DNA of 63,268 nt, counting the filler, from Perkinsus olseni (taxonomy: Eukaryota), in assembly GCA_013115125.1 (NCBI GenBank). It is 7 parts of 7 records of this genome, joined end to end, with 100 filler letters (N's around TTAATTAATTAA, not from the genome) between each part and the next. Parts side by side here need not be neighbours in the genome. Positions count along the whole stretch, not along the records: positions 8,027 to 15,950 come from JABANN010000997.1; positions 16,051 to 23,974 come from JABANN010000998.1; positions 24,075 to 35,972 come from JABANN010000812.1; 4 more parts are not named here. One strand, written 5' to 3'. Under the pieces are notes generated by a model. It did no database searches, was not told the DNA's origin, and saw only the letters and a program-made list of their open reading frames with translations. Positions within the stretch are counted from its first letter, which is position 1. Each line of letters opens with the position of its first letter. Of this stretch, positions 12,269-35,972 are shown piece by piece. The position numbers and the translations under genes are program-made.

Positions 12269-13195
12269 TTATATCTTATAGTATCCTATATGCACAAATA
12301 GTTCATGAAGTAATCCAATTATCTCTCGACATCTAGAACTTGGCACAATCAGACCATTGGTGACTGCATGACGCACCTCACCATCAACCACTATATATAG
12401 CCGACGTTCACGGTCGCACGCATAATCACCATCCAATAATCTCTTCAAGAAGACATCGTCTTTTTGCGAATCTCGAATAGAGTCAACAAGTTGTGGATCG
12501 GGTTCATATATCAGCTCATCGTCTTCCTCGACAGCAGCTTCCTCTCCCGGAACAGCACATAACACTTCACCAGTAGGGTCTCTGTTCTTAACGTCGATTG
12601 CAATCTTCAAGGCTTCATCTTCCTCAAATGGACAACGGACAGGAAGACCTCGAGAATACGGGTCAGCGGGATTAATCTCACCACTAATATGACGAACCTC
12701 TCCACCGCCACGAAATAACGCGGGTGCACCCCTCCTGACAACCTTCCGCTCATAAGCCGGCAACTGCAGGGTAGCCTTATGACTGGTCAACTTCGAATCA
12801 TCTACAACCACAGATTCGGACTCTTCACAGGATTCCCTTAAGGCTCGTAACTCCCGACGAAGACGGAAGTAGTTACACTCACTAGCGGTAAACAAGATCG
12901 GAGTTGGAGTTATCGATGCTGGTAACCACGTATCGCTCCATAAAGTCAACGTCTCGGTAAACAGCTCAAGCACATCATCACATGCTGTCAGCTCCTTCCG
13001 CACGATACTCCACGACGCTCTCACCGGGGGTATCAGACGAGCACGGCCTCTAATGAAGACGAGTCCGACAGTTAGCAGTACGCTGCCGCACGCGAACATA
13101 CTCGAATCAGCGAATAAATACACTTCCCTCAAATCTTCTAATGAGGGAGCGAGCAATCGAGGAATAGTAGGGGCATCAATAAACGACTGCATCAA
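12269..13195 (-). pseudogene. Pao-type RNase H region and start of the integrase zinc finger
   Basis: IPR, YLFADSSMFACG, RARLIP, SIVRKELTA, RHISGEINPADPYSRG. The Asp of the usual F.DS motif reads FTASE. Confidence 0.8.
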
Positions 13196-14634
13196 CCGTT
13201 CAATCTCCCTATACGTCGAAACGGAAACAAAGTCGTCCCATCCAAGCCCTTACTAATCTCAGAGCGGAGAGTATATCTCATCGCTAACAGTATATTACTA
13301 TGCGATCCAAGGGGGTCAAAATGCGAGTTAATAACAGCCAATATATCCCAACAGGTGACATTGCTAACGGTCTTACCGTCAACCTCCACAAATTCCAACG
13401 GAGGCAGAGGCAAGTCAGCCTTTTGGGCACGCAATCGATCATTCGAAAGCCAATCCAGCCCCAACACATGAGACTCCTTTCCCGGTGGTGGCGGTCCCAA
13501 CTGGCGCTTACGCTCCTGCGAATTGAACCCACGAACTACGCAGGCTCTCAGAAACGCCTCTAAACCGCTCTCAAGACCCACACGGGAATTAGAGCCCATA
13601 ACAATATCATCCATGTAGGGTTTCATGAACCCATACAACAACAGATCTCGCGCATCTATAGCGGACCCCTTACCTTCTCGAATACGGAGAAGCGCAGCTT
13701 TGATATGACCAGGCAGCTTATGCTCAGCGAGGGTCACCAATCGCTTGAGCGCATCATTCAAGCACGCTGGAGAGTGGGGGCTACCCATCGGAGGGCCCCT
13801 CAACCGATAAACTTCAGATTGCCATACCAGATAAAACCCGTAACGACATTGCGGATCATTCTCCAACATATAGAAGGCGCACTCCAAATCCAAAATCCCC
13901 ACATACGGGAAAGCTCGAAACGTAAAGAGCGCTGGCAACACCCCTCGCTTACTGCGAGTTAACGGCGACCTATCCAACTGTCCTTGCCCACTGCCGATCA
14001 CTCCCTTATAGTGCAAGCCGTTAAGTACCGGACGCACCGGAGACGACTTCGAACTTGGGTTCAAGACAGGGAAGTGGTCGATAATACTTGCCACCAACGG
14101 ATATTCACCTGGCTGCAACCGGACAATAGCTCCAATCGACTCATATCGCTCGAATACCGCCGAATAATCAGATAACAGCCCCGATCGCACTAGGCGTTGT
14201 ACAAGTCGACGATCTTTATCGAAACTTTGACGTAGAGAACACAAACTAGCCAGTGCATTCTTCAGTCCACCTGACGCCCAGGGAACACCATACGTATAGC
14301 GAAAGGCAATGCCAGACACCCCATTCACATCGAAATGTTGCGACGGTGTCAAGCCACGGAACAGAGTACGATTATCAAAGTCGAGAGTTCCCTCCGTCTC
14401 AACGAACGGGCTCACCGAGATTCCATTCTCAGCAACCTTCTCAGGTTCATTCCCGCTCAACTCACGCCGAGGTGCTACTACAGCTTCAGACGAGTTATCT
14501 CCGGAAGGCTCGTCCCCCAGCTCAGCAGCATCAACATCGTACACGCGCTCTCGGATACTCCGAGATGGACAAGAAACCTCGTTTAACACGTTATAGTCCA
14601 GTGGATCACAACTCGCTACGTTCGGCGAACACAA
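13192..14634 (-). pseudogene. Reverse transcriptase (BEL/Pao type)
   Basis: HFPVLNP.S.SSPVRPVLNG, LFTFR, ILDLECAFY, PMGSPHSP, YMDDIV, VLGLDW, FDPLG. Confidence 0.88.
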
Positions 14635-14774
14635 CTCAAAAAAAGCGTCAGATTGAACAGATTCCGTGACCCCAGTCTCTACAGCCGCTACGGTCGAGAC
14701 AACACCTTAAACAGTTTCAGGTGATAGAGCAGCTCGTAACAAAATCTCATCATTACCGAGATACAACAACAAAG

Positions 14775-15707
14775 CTAGCGATCGCAATGCTTGCATACCC
14801 AGAATAACTCCACATGATAAGTCAGCCGCCATATCGAAATGGACTTATGCGGAGTACAGACTAAGACCTGTATGGCCTCCTCACACATCATTTTAGAACC
14901 ATTAGCCACAGTAACAAAAGTCCTGGACTCGATGATACAGTCAGCCGGAATACGATTACGCGTCGAAGAGCGAACGAACGACCGAGCTGCACCCGTGTCC
15001 AGCAAGGCCTTAATACGAAACGGTTCAGACGCTGATCTCACCGATTTGAACTCTACATCAACAGTTAACGGTCTTGAGGAGGAATCTTCTGGCAACCCTT
15101 GGATTGGGTCCACACTATTAACAGTCATGAGCCACTTCGGAACCTCATCGTCCACCTCCAGATGTTCCTCGTCACCACCTTGTGCCTCAATAGCCGACGC
15201 ATCTGCAGGCTTCGGAGGTGGCGAAGAAGAATCAGCCAGGGGCTCGATCTTAGCTGCCATGGTATTCCGAAATATAAACGATACATGGCCCCCCGAATTA
15301 CAGCGTTTACACGTCAACAACCTGTTACCGCGAAGGCGACAGTTGGCGACCTTATGACCCCCCCCCCGACCACAAACCAAACATCGGGAGGCCAATGATG
15401 CCGGTGAGCTTGCCGTACAACTATCGGCCAGATGCCCTACTTGGAAGCAGCGACCACAAGTACCCTTAGGCAACTGTCGCACATCAGGAATATAGGGAGT
15501 CGTCGGCTTTCCCACCTGGGCAAGAGACCTGTCTGCCCTTCCTTGGGGAGAGGACTCACCACTAACAACAGCTTGAGAATCACCAGTCTCATCAGTGATG
15601 CCGTTCACAGCGGACACACTAGCCGATCGACCAGATAACACCACCGAATTAATATCACTTAAACTAGCACGAGACTCGATATACGAACGAGCAACGGCCA
15701 AATCCAT
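14775..15707 (-). pseudogene. Gag C-terminus (three CCHC knuckles) plus retropepsin
   Basis: CGRCFQVGHLADSC, CLVCGRGGGHKVANC, CKRCNSGGHVSFIF; ALLDTGAARSFV; VTVANG. Confidence 0.85.
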
Positions 15708-16355
15708 CTTTTCTAATCTATAGGTAAGCGCCCAATCATCGAACGGCGCACGACAGCAATGAGTTAATTTATCTCACACATCATTATCAGACAAAATATC
15801 TCCTTGAAGGGCAAGCTCCCCCTCAAGGTGATCCAACTTAACAACAAACTCACAAAAAGACATTTCTGAGGTCATACGGAGATCATGCCATTGCCGACGC
15901 AGACGAGACGCTTCCGACGGATCAAGATACAAGGTTAGCAGAGCCGAACGNNNNNNNNNNNNNNNNNNNNNNNNNNNNNNNNNNNNNNNNNNNNTTAATT
16001 AATTAANNNNNNNNNNNNNNNNNNNNNNNNNNNNNNNNNNNNNNNNNNNNAACATTTCTGCTGAGAGCGCCGCCGCCATTGGAGCGAAGCGACTCCGGAG
16101 CGAAGCGACGGGCTCCGCTTGTTGCTTTTGGAGGAGAGAGGGAGCACAACGACACCTGCAAGGATCTAGGCGTTCAATGGGGAAAGTGAGGCTGGTTCTC
16201 AGCCACCTTGAAGTAGGTGTTAAAACGCTATCAATGGATCACAGACTGTGATTCACAGTTAACAGCATTCAAGAGACACCAGGTAACGAATAATTTTACA
16301 AGAGACATCGACACATGTCTAGATGATGAAGTGGCTCATATCCCCTTCTTCTTTT

Positions 16356-16430
16356 CACGCGCCACTTTCTTCCTCCACGCGCCACTTTTTTCCTCCACGC
16401 GCCACTTTCTTCCTCCACGCGCCACTTTTC
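16356..16430 (+). repeat. 20-bp minisatellite (CACGCGCCACTTTCTTCCTC) x3.75
   Basis: Direct tandem units at 16356, 16376, 16396, 16416. Confidence 0.9.
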
Positions 16431-17006
16431 CCCTGACGCGCGGCCTATGGGTCTCCTATCACCAAGCACCGGGTCCGCTACCACCAGTGACCTCCCGAAA
16501 CCGCCCGACGGCTCCCGACTGCGCTGCGCACGTTTTCTGCGCGCGCCCAAACGAACTATTTTCGGTTTTGGCCCTGCGCAGCCATTACTGACTCTTCAGT
16601 CGAAAGTCTTGAGCAACAAGCGTTGGGTTGAGTTAAGAGTCTTGAGTCAAGCCTCTCGACCTTGGTAGTTAGCTTGGTACTTCTCCGATCAATGGCTGGA
16701 GGCAAACGCCGTGGCCGATGGGCCGATAAGAAAAAAGCCGCGCTCAAAGCACTCGATAGAGTTTGTGCCGAAGCGAACTACGACGTCAATCTGGTTGAAC
16801 GAGAGATACTAGCGGAGCTTCCCCCCTATATGCAACACTCTGTTTGCTGTCGTTGGACGAGGCTGGTTTCACTTGGCATGACCAATCGCACACTTGGTCT
16901 TGCAACAAGGAGATCTGATATTGCTCGTGTGAGGGCCCAGCCCCGGGTAACACCTCGGGTTTCGGGTTGCCCTGTAATCATTGTTTTTTCTTCTCGGCCC
17001 CGGCTG

Positions 17007-17048
17007 TAACAGCCCAGCCTTGTATAACAGCCCAGCCTTGTATAACAG
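17007..17048 (+). repeat. 18-bp tandem repeat (TAACAGCCCAGCCTTGTA) x2.3
   Basis: Units at 17007 and 17025, partial at 17043. Confidence 0.9.
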
Positions 17049-17227
17049 TTCGTACCTTGAGCTTTGTAACGCACCCGTGGATTGAATTCGGCCTTGCAAT
17101 CGATGTTTTTACCCCGCAGTTTTTTTACTGAAGGTGCTTCTATAAGGAAGCACCTATCAGAAGAAGTACTAACAGTGCGCCCCCACGCGGATAGCCCCCA
17201 AAATGGAGTTTGCTCTGAATAGGATTC

Positions 17228-17318
17228 TTTGTGCCCTCCAAAAGAAATTTGTGCCCCGGAAAAATAAATTTGTGCCCCGGAAAAATAAATTTGTGCCCCG
17301 GAAAAATAAATTTGTGCC
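17228..17318 (+). repeat. 21-bp minisatellite (AAATTTGTGCCCCGGAAAAAT) x3.5 plus a degenerate unit
   Basis: Perfect units at 17245, 17266, 17287. Followed by an 11-bp hairpin TCTTCCGGCAC-aga-GTGCCGGAAGA at 17354-17378. Confidence 0.9.
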
Positions 17319-17583
17319 GGGCGCGCGAAAATTTCCCATATCCGTACCATTTTTCTTCCGGCACAGAGTGCCGGAAGAGTCCCATTTTTCTTCGGCCGTT
17401 CTGGTGGCAGCTAGCCCATGGCGAGTCTCAAGTCTTATCTCCCCTAACGCCATTCACGCAGGTGCATCGCTTGCGTCAACAGCGACTACAACGCGGGGGG
17501 TGCCTTAACATGTTAGCTGCGCAAACCACTCGCCAATGCTCATGAACTTTCAGGTTTCAGCTTGTTGTACTCCTTCACAAGCA

Positions 17584-18777
17584 ATGTGGACGCCCTTCGC
17601 TGCGATGATGATCGGATTCACTCTCCATATCTTATGTGAAGCTTCAGGAGTGGTATCAGACTCCCCGGCCAAGACCGTAACCATGCCAGTCGAGGAAGGC
17701 TTCGTCACCGTCAACATCGACGGCCAAGACGTGAGCCTTCTCTTGGAGACTGCTCAGTTCGACCTCACGGTGATTGATGGTGATTGGTACGAAGAAAAGT
17801 ACGGCAAAGGGTCTTGCAAGGAGGACCGCGCGGGATGCTACTTCTGTCCGGCGGAGGACCCCTGTAACTTCGACACCGACCCATCCAGAAAGACAACCGT
17901 CCTCGATGACGACCGAATCATCGAGAGTATACGACGGACTGCCACGCTGGTCTTGGACCACAAGGAGGCTATTAATTTCGCCATCCAGGTCTCCCGACCG
18001 ATTTCCTGGAACAAGACCGTCGCGCCATGCGGCTTCCTCGGCCTATCAGGGCTACCACCAAGTTCGGAACGCTTCCATCCATCTCCCAACCAGGAGAGTG
18101 TACTTGACGCCCTTGTCCGCCGCAACGTCATTGGACGCCAGTCGTACACTATTCGAACTGACACAAGACAGACTACCCAGTTCATTTCCGGCGAGCTGAT
18201 ACTTGGAGATACGCTCGACGAATCCAAGAGGACCAAGTACATGTTCCCTGAGTGGGTCAGTGATTCTAAGTATCATCGTGCGTTCCCGGCGGTCTCGCTG
18301 TCCTCGATGGAACTTTTTTATGATGATGGACGACAGACGGAGAGGAAGAAAGGCCTTAAACTTCGCAAGTCGCGATCATTCGTGATGACCCTGGCGACGG
18401 GAGCCAACGGCATTTACTTGCCTTACCGAAGCACACTCGATAACATTGAGAGAAAGATGAAGAGACGGTTGGAAAAGAAGAAGGGTTACACGAAAGAGAA
18501 GATAGATCAGATGTGGCTGAGAGGCGAGGACGGCTTCGCTCATGTGAAGAGTAGAGGCTTCGGTAGCCTGCCGGTGCTGGGGCTCGAGCTGGGTGACGCC
18601 AACAACTCTATTCCGATCAAGATACGTCCGAGACACTACTGCGGGAATACTGAGCAGGGGGATGTGATAGTCTTCGTGCGACACTACGGCGGCTACCTCA
18701 TTGGTACGCCGTTCTTCAGGGCGTATAGCGTTCATGTTGATTACACCAATAATAAGATAGCTCTACTCGAGAATTAA
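17584..18777 (+). CDS. Secreted pepsin-family (A1) aspartyl-protease homolog, predicted catalytically inactive
   Basis: Intronless ORF starting MWTPFAAM as in its paralog, hydrophobic N-terminus, C-terminal IGTPFFRAY.VHVDY.NNKIAL. The catalytic motifs read LLLETAQ and MTLATGA instead of D[ST]G. Confidence 0.8.
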   Translation: MWTPFAAMMIGFTLHILCEASGVVSDSPAKTVTMPVEEGFVTVNIDGQDVSLLLETAQFDLTVIDGDWYEEKYGKGSCKEDRAGCYFCPAEDPCNFDTDPSRKTTVLDDDRIIESIRRTATLVLDHKEAINFAIQVSRPISWNKTVAPCGFLGLSGLPPSSERFHPSPNQESVLDALVRRNVIGRQSYTIRTDTRQTTQFISGELILGDTLDESKRTKYMFPEWVSDSKYHRAFPAVSLSSMELFYDDGRQTERKKGLKLRKSRSFVMTLATGANGIYLPYRSTLDNIERKMKRRLEKKKGYTKEKIDQMWLRGEDGFAHVKSRGFGSLPVLGLELGDANNSIPIKIRPRHYCGNTEQGDVIVFVRHYGGYLIGTPFFRAYSVHVDYTNNKIALLEN

Positions 18778-18989
18778 CACTATTGGACGGCTCATGATGA
18801 TTATGTTGCTACGATGATGTTATGTCCATGTGCTGCATTGAAGCAATAGTTTTCCCCTTGCGTTAGGGTGTATGATATTCATCCATCCGGGCGAGTCGGC
18901 AACTTCTGCAAGATTCGGTATGCGAGAACGCGGCATGCCGTGGCTTCCATGATGTAATCCCTCAGCTGCAGATTAGGTTTCTCTGCGCA

Positions 18990-20177
18990 ATGTGGACGCC
19001 CTTCGCCGCCATGATGTTCGGCGTTACTTCGCATATATCATGTGAAGCCTCAGGAGTGGTATCAGACGCCTCGGCCAAGACTGTGACAATGCCAGTCAAG
19101 GAAGGCTTTGTCAGAGTGAGCATCGACGGTCAAGAAGTCGATCTTAAATTGGACTCTGGTTTCTGGGGACTGACGGTCATGGATGGCGGATGGTATGAAA
19201 GAGAATTCGGCAACGGCGCCTGCGACGACCCACGCGCCGGCTGCTACTTCTGCTCGGAAAAGTCTCCTTGGGAATTCAGTGAAGGAAAATTGGCCCAGGG
19301 TTTACTCTCCGCTGATGGCAAACGTGCCTTAAATATTAATCGCACCGGCACGATGGTGCTGGGTGGCCGCGAAGCTGCTAATTTTCCATTTATGATTTCC
19401 AGGACCTTCGCAGGGCCGACTACGATAAAACCATATGGGCTTTTCGGAATATCGGGGCTGGAACCAAGTTCAATCGTTCCTCACCCGTGGCCTGGCGGGG
19501 AGAGTGTCCTCGATTCCCTCGTGCGTCTTAACGTCATCGGACGTCAGTCATACACTCTCTACACGAATAACAGCGGAAATTCTTCCTTCATATCCGGGCA
19601 GGTGACGCTCGGCGACGCGCTCGATGAGTCCAAGGCGGGTGAATACAGACTCGTAGACTATGGATACAACCCGAAGACTTACCGGGCGTTTGCCAATGTA
19701 TGGGTGTCGTCGCTGAGGCTGCTCGATGCGCAAGGCGCCCAGCTGATGAAGGCAGGCCTCGTGAGAAGACGCCCCGACTCACTGCTGAGCATGTTGGACA
19801 CGGGGGCCAACGGGATATACCTGCCGTATCCAGGTTTATTAAAAGACATCAAAAGCAGGCTCGGAATGAAACTGAAGAAAAATGGTTACACCGAGGAGCA
19901 GATTAATAAGATGTGGCGGGAGGACCAGGGACCTCTCGCACAGGTCAAGGAAGAGGCCTTCGACAGTCTGCCGGTGTTGGGCTTCCACCTGGGCGAGGGA
20001 GATAATTCTATCCCGATCAAGATACATCCGAGGCATTACTGCCTGCACACTGGGGATGGGGACGTGATAGTATACGTACAGGAAAGTGACATGAACCTCA
20101 TTGGCACACCCTTCTTCAGGGCGTACAACGTTCATGTTGATTACACCAATAATAAGATAGCTCTACTCGAGAATTAA
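18990..20177 (+). CDS. Secreted pepsin-family (A1) aspartyl protease
   Basis: 395 aa; LKLDSGF and MLDTGA catalytic motifs, GLFGI, GQVTLG, IGTPFFRAY..HVDY. Confidence 0.85.
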   Translation: MWTPFAAMMFGVTSHISCEASGVVSDASAKTVTMPVKEGFVRVSIDGQEVDLKLDSGFWGLTVMDGGWYEREFGNGACDDPRAGCYFCSEKSPWEFSEGKLAQGLLSADGKRALNINRTGTMVLGGREAANFPFMISRTFAGPTTIKPYGLFGISGLEPSSIVPHPWPGGESVLDSLVRLNVIGRQSYTLYTNNSGNSSFISGQVTLGDALDESKAGEYRLVDYGYNPKTYRAFANVWVSSLRLLDAQGAQLMKAGLVRRRPDSLLSMLDTGANGIYLPYPGLLKDIKSRLGMKLKKNGYTEEQINKMWREDQGPLAQVKEEAFDSLPVLGFHLGEGDNSIPIKIHPRHYCLHTGDGDVIVYVQESDMNLIGTPFFRAYNVHVDYTNNKIALLEN

Positions 20178-20903
20178 CACTCTTGGACGGCTCACGATGA
20201 TTATGTTGTTGTGATGATGTTATGTCCATGTGATGAAGCAAGAGTACGTTCTTTGGGTTGGAGTGAAGGGCAGAGGGGAGTACCGGAAGAGGCGGTCGGT
20301 TTCTCGCTGATATTGTCCACTAAGGCCATGCGCCATTAATATTCAGCATCACTTGGCTTAAAATTCCAGATCGCCGTACCGTCTGTTGACAGTCGAGCAC
20401 TGCAGTAGCGTGAGTCGTGGACTACAACGGCTCCGCTGAGCGATCTGTACGGCTTGAGTATTTCGTACAGAAAAGTGGGCCTGTGAACAGGTTTCATGCC
20501 ACGATCGCGATAGCGGCTGTGATCTTTATGGCCACCGAATCTACAATGGATGGAGATCGTTGACGCGTTTGCTGATGGCCATTGATGTTGCAGCCAGGAC
20601 TCATTAGGAGCTCCTCACCTTATTGACTCCTTCGCACGCTTCTCTGTGAGTTAAGACGTGTTATTGCCATCGTAGTCCAACGCCGGAACCGGCTTAGTAA
20701 GACTTTCATCGATGTGCTCTGGCAGCTCTTTCCATCCAGAGATCGATACGAAGTCATTATCACATTCAGTCTGGCTAGTTTCCTTTCTCCCTGGCGATAT
20801 CCGCTCACGAAATTCGGGCCGTTATTGTCGCCTGCGTTGATGACGGTAGGCTTGATCCGTGAGTGACAAGCACCCAGTGTCAGGCTTTCCTCCGGTGTCA
20901 CCA

Positions 20904-22283
20904 ATGCCCCTTCTCTCCGGGCTTCAGGACCGATGGTTGGTCATATCGAGTCAGCGAACTCTAATGACTCTATACGTCCTATCATCCTTCACTCAAGCTC
21001 TACCTATGGTTGCAATAGGTATCCTCTTGCGAGAAGACCTCGGACTTGCTAGCGACAATGTTGCTTTGGCACTCTTCTATGCTAACGCATTCATCCCTTT
21101 CTACTTTCGCTTCCTTTACGGCTTCATATCCGACAACTTCCCCGTGTGCGGCACACGTAGGTTGTTCTACTTGCTCGTTTGCTATGCCGCTATGTCCCTC
21201 TTATACATGCTCTACGGCACATGGGTCGTATCCTTGCCTCGGGCTTATGTCGTTGCGATCCTCCTCAATGTGGTCTTCGCCTTCTCCGAGTCCTGCCTCG
21301 ACGCCATCGCAGTCCAGAGGTCTCGCACGGCTGCAAACAACTCGACGGGCGTCGCTGATCCCACCGCGGAAGATCACGGCTACACCAAGGCCGCCTCTGA
21401 TATCCAGAGTGCTGCCATGCTTTGTCGAACACTCGGCACGCTACTCATCGGCTTCGTCGCGTCGGCCCTCGGAGCCCTCCTCCCGCATCGGACGGTGATC
21501 GCCTCGACCTGTGTAGTCCCGCTGTGTTCGGCTCTGACGGTTCTCAGCTGTAGAAGCGACGTCGAGACTCATCATCGGCCTACATTGAGTAGAACAAGCT
21601 GTTGTGACTTTCATGTGACGGAAATTGTTGCCATTGTGAGACCACTACTGAGGCCATGCTGCTTCATTGTTGTCTTCGCCATGATGCCCAACACAACCGA
21701 CGTCTACACTAGCTACATATACACCGTCTTCTCTTACAACCAGACGATCCTCAACTTTCTCGGTATCAGTTATACTGTCGGAAGCCTTCTCGGTACAAGC
21801 CTGTACTGGTGGCTGTTGCGGGACTCTCCGCTCACTAAGGTCTTCATCTGTTCCACGATCATAGCGGCTTGTGCTGGTCTGACACGCTTGTGTGTCATCT
21901 GGCATGTCAACAGGGTCCTAGCGATTCCCGACGGCATTTTCGTTGCGGTGGATATTCTCTTCGTTGCGACCTGCAACTCAGTCGCCTTGATGCCGGTGCT
22001 TGTGCTGGCTGGAGTGACTGCCAGTAGAACTCAAGATTCCGAGGGTTTCATGTTCGCCGCATTAATGGCATTCAACTCCCTAGGAGGCTACCTTTCTGCC
22101 TACTGGTCGGTCCTAGTGCTCAAAGTGACCGGCAACCCTGGACAGGATAATGACTATCATGGCTTGTGGCTAGCTATTATTATATGTACCCTAGCGAGCC
22201 TGATACCTCTATTTATGCTGCCGTTACTCAAAGCTCGAAGCACGTTGAACGAAAGGTTGCTGGACGGCGCTTCACCGCGTTAG
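20904..22283 (+). CDS. Folate/biopterin transporter (BT1/FBT, MFS)
   Basis: Multi-pass hydrophobic ORF. IPFYFRFLYGFISDNFPVCGTRRLFY, AFSESCLDAIAV and EGFMFAALMAFNSLG match BT1 family patterns. First ATG at 20904. Confidence 0.85.
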   Translation: MPLLSGLQDRWLVISSQRTLMTLYVLSSFTQALPMVAIGILLREDLGLASDNVALALFYANAFIPFYFRFLYGFISDNFPVCGTRRLFYLLVCYAAMSLLYMLYGTWVVSLPRAYVVAILLNVVFAFSESCLDAIAVQRSRTAANNSTGVADPTAEDHGYTKAASDIQSAAMLCRTLGTLLIGFVASALGALLPHRTVIASTCVVPLCSALTVLSCRSDVETHHRPTLSRTSCCDFHVTEIVAIVRPLLRPCCFIVVFAMMPNTTDVYTSYIYTVFSYNQTILNFLGISYTVGSLLGTSLYWWLLRDSPLTKVFICSTIIAACAGLTRLCVIWHVNRVLAIPDGIFVAVDILFVATCNSVALMPVLVLAGVTASRTQDSEGFMFAALMAFNSLGGYLSAYWSVLVLKVTGNPGQDNDYHGLWLAIIICTLASLIPLFMLPLLKARSTLNERLLDGASPR

Positions 22284-22413
22284 TGCGTCGTTAAGGTTTT
22301 GTGATGAAGGCCTTCAGCTGACCGTTCGTAAGCAGCGATTCTGTGCGCCGCTGGTACGTTACTCTCACGAATGTAGGGACGTAAAACCTGTTCCGACGAG
22401 CCCATGGGCATCG

Positions 22414-23878
22414 TCATATAACTATCTCCATATTCCGTACTTTATTCTTATCCCCACCTAGCCAGTCCGAGTACGCCGCAACGGCTACCGATGTTGGCCG
22501 TTCGTTCTCTATCGCACTTCCATCGAGCGTGGCAAGAATGAGTGGACTTTGCCGTGGGAGTAGCAGTCGTCGCCATAGTGATGGTGACGAGCCACTCAAG
22601 TGTACCGTTGATTTTTCTAAAGGAGCTGCGTGGCCGGTTTCGTTGCCCGAGTACTTCAGAGGGAGGCCATCTTTTTTTCAGTATCATTATCGAGGTGATC
22701 GTGATGGCCCGTCGTGAGCCGCAAGGACCTAAGAGTGGTCTGCCGGATCACGACCCTGAGCCTAGCGCTGCAACTCGCTTTGTTGGGCCAGAGAGGAAAC
22801 CTGTGTGGGTTAAGATGACGAGAGAGCGTCGGAAGAGGTGTGCTGTTTCACTGAATGGAATTCTTGCACGAGAATGTCGCTTGTCTAAGGCAGCTTGCAG
22901 TGCTGTGAACGTTGTATCGCGGCCTTCGATTGGTCGGAATACTTGTTGCACTTGTACCTGCCCTACCATTGGACAGATCATCAAGGCTCCTACCAGCCGA
23001 GTAGCGCGGTAGGATGGCCCGTATTGTGATGGAGGTGAGTGGTTGTGTACGGGTTGAGCTATGATATTCAAAGAGACTCTCTCCCACTTCGACGGATAGA
23101 TCATTGACGGTTCTCTGCTACTACTAGTAGCCTACTAGTAGGGAGACCTCATGGGGAAGCTCCCAGGCTCCGTAGGGCATGTGAACAATTGAAAACTACG
23201 ACTGTTGCCTCCTAGGTGTCGCCGATGGAAGGCTTAGAACGGACGACTGGTCGACGGGTGTATTGAGCAGCCTATACCGCCGTTGGCGCCGTAGCAACGG
23301 GCGAATCCAGATTTTGAGTTCGGTTGCTCAGAGCAACGTGACGGCACCCAACGATATCAAACTAATCGCCGATGCATCATAACATCCCCCAAGTCCTGCG
23401 TCAGATGGAGAGACGCGGACTCCTAGCTGCGTTTGCCGGAACGACTTCCTGTGGATCTTCCTGCCATTCTCATATTGACACACGATCAAATTCTCATCGT
23501 TTCCCAGTATCAAGCACATCGGCGGGACATCCACCGATCAGTTTCATGCGCATGCGTGCATGGCGAGAAAATCGAAGGAGACTGAGGCGGGGGTGTTCCA
23601 TGTTACTAGCAAGCTGGTCTGTGGTGATGATTGAGAGAATGTAAACCGATACAGCGAGAGCGAAGGAGGCTTACGGCTAGCGAATGGATTAAACTCATCT
23701 GATTGGCACGAGCTCCGCTGTTGGAGTTTTCAGAATGCCTAGTGGTGATGGACCAAAACGCAAGCGGAGCTTGATGTAGATGGCGCATGATACTGTCGGG
23801 CAGTGGGACAGTGAGAGTGACGGTTGAGGTATAATACAGTGACGGATAAGAGGAAAATGAGGCGATGGAGGAGGGCAA
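22414..23878 (-). CDS. Possible multi-exon hypothetical gene; boundaries uncertain
   Basis: Series of same-strand ORFs (23878-23606, 23534-23328, 23104-22748, 22687-22414) convergent with the transporter. No family recognised. Confidence 0.25.
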
Positions 23879-24074
23879 TTCCCGAAATCCAAGGCGGGTA
23901 ACTGTACCACACCGTCTGTCTCTAAGTCCCTGAGTATCGATTATCGCGGCTAGCGCGGCACAACCGTTTCATGTNNNNNNNNNNNNNNNNNNNNNNNNNN
24001 NNNNNNNNNNNNNNNNNNTTAATTAATTAANNNNNNNNNNNNNNNNNNNNNNNNNNNNNNNNNNNNNNNNNNNN

Positions 24075-29926
<5,852 letters not shown>

Positions 29927-30120
29927 ATATATATTAATATCTAGTATTGTATATATTTACTATTAATAATCTATTATATCGTTATAATAATGTATTATTG
30001 GTATAATATATCTATCTAGTGCTGTGCTAATAATAATATATATATTTATAAATAAGGGCACAGCATATATAATAATATAAGATTATTATAGTAAATACAG
30101 ATATAATGATATAAATATAG

Positions 30121-35972
<5,852 letters not shown>

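Larger units (their letters stand above)
11200..15950 (-). mobile_element. BEL/Pao-like LTR retrotransposon (gag-PR-RT-RNaseH-IN), disrupted by several frameshifts/stops, 5'-truncated by the contig end
   Basis: Domain order and Pao-type motifs: three zinc knuckles, ALLDTGA, YMDD, FDPLG, FADSS, SIVRKEL, RHISGEINPADPYSRG, CDFVGP. Confidence 0.85.

Noticed and set aside
13053-15638. Plus-strand ORFs over the retroelement, and similar antisense ORFs over the FAM151, protease and transporter genes
   Set aside because: Antisense shadows of well-supported coding regions with no motifs of their own.
16356-17318. Tandem arrays as CRISPR, and the ORFs crossing them as repeat proteins
   Set aside because: No unique spacers, no cas genes, eukaryotic context; the ORFs are open in several frames only because the 21- and 18-bp units lack stops.
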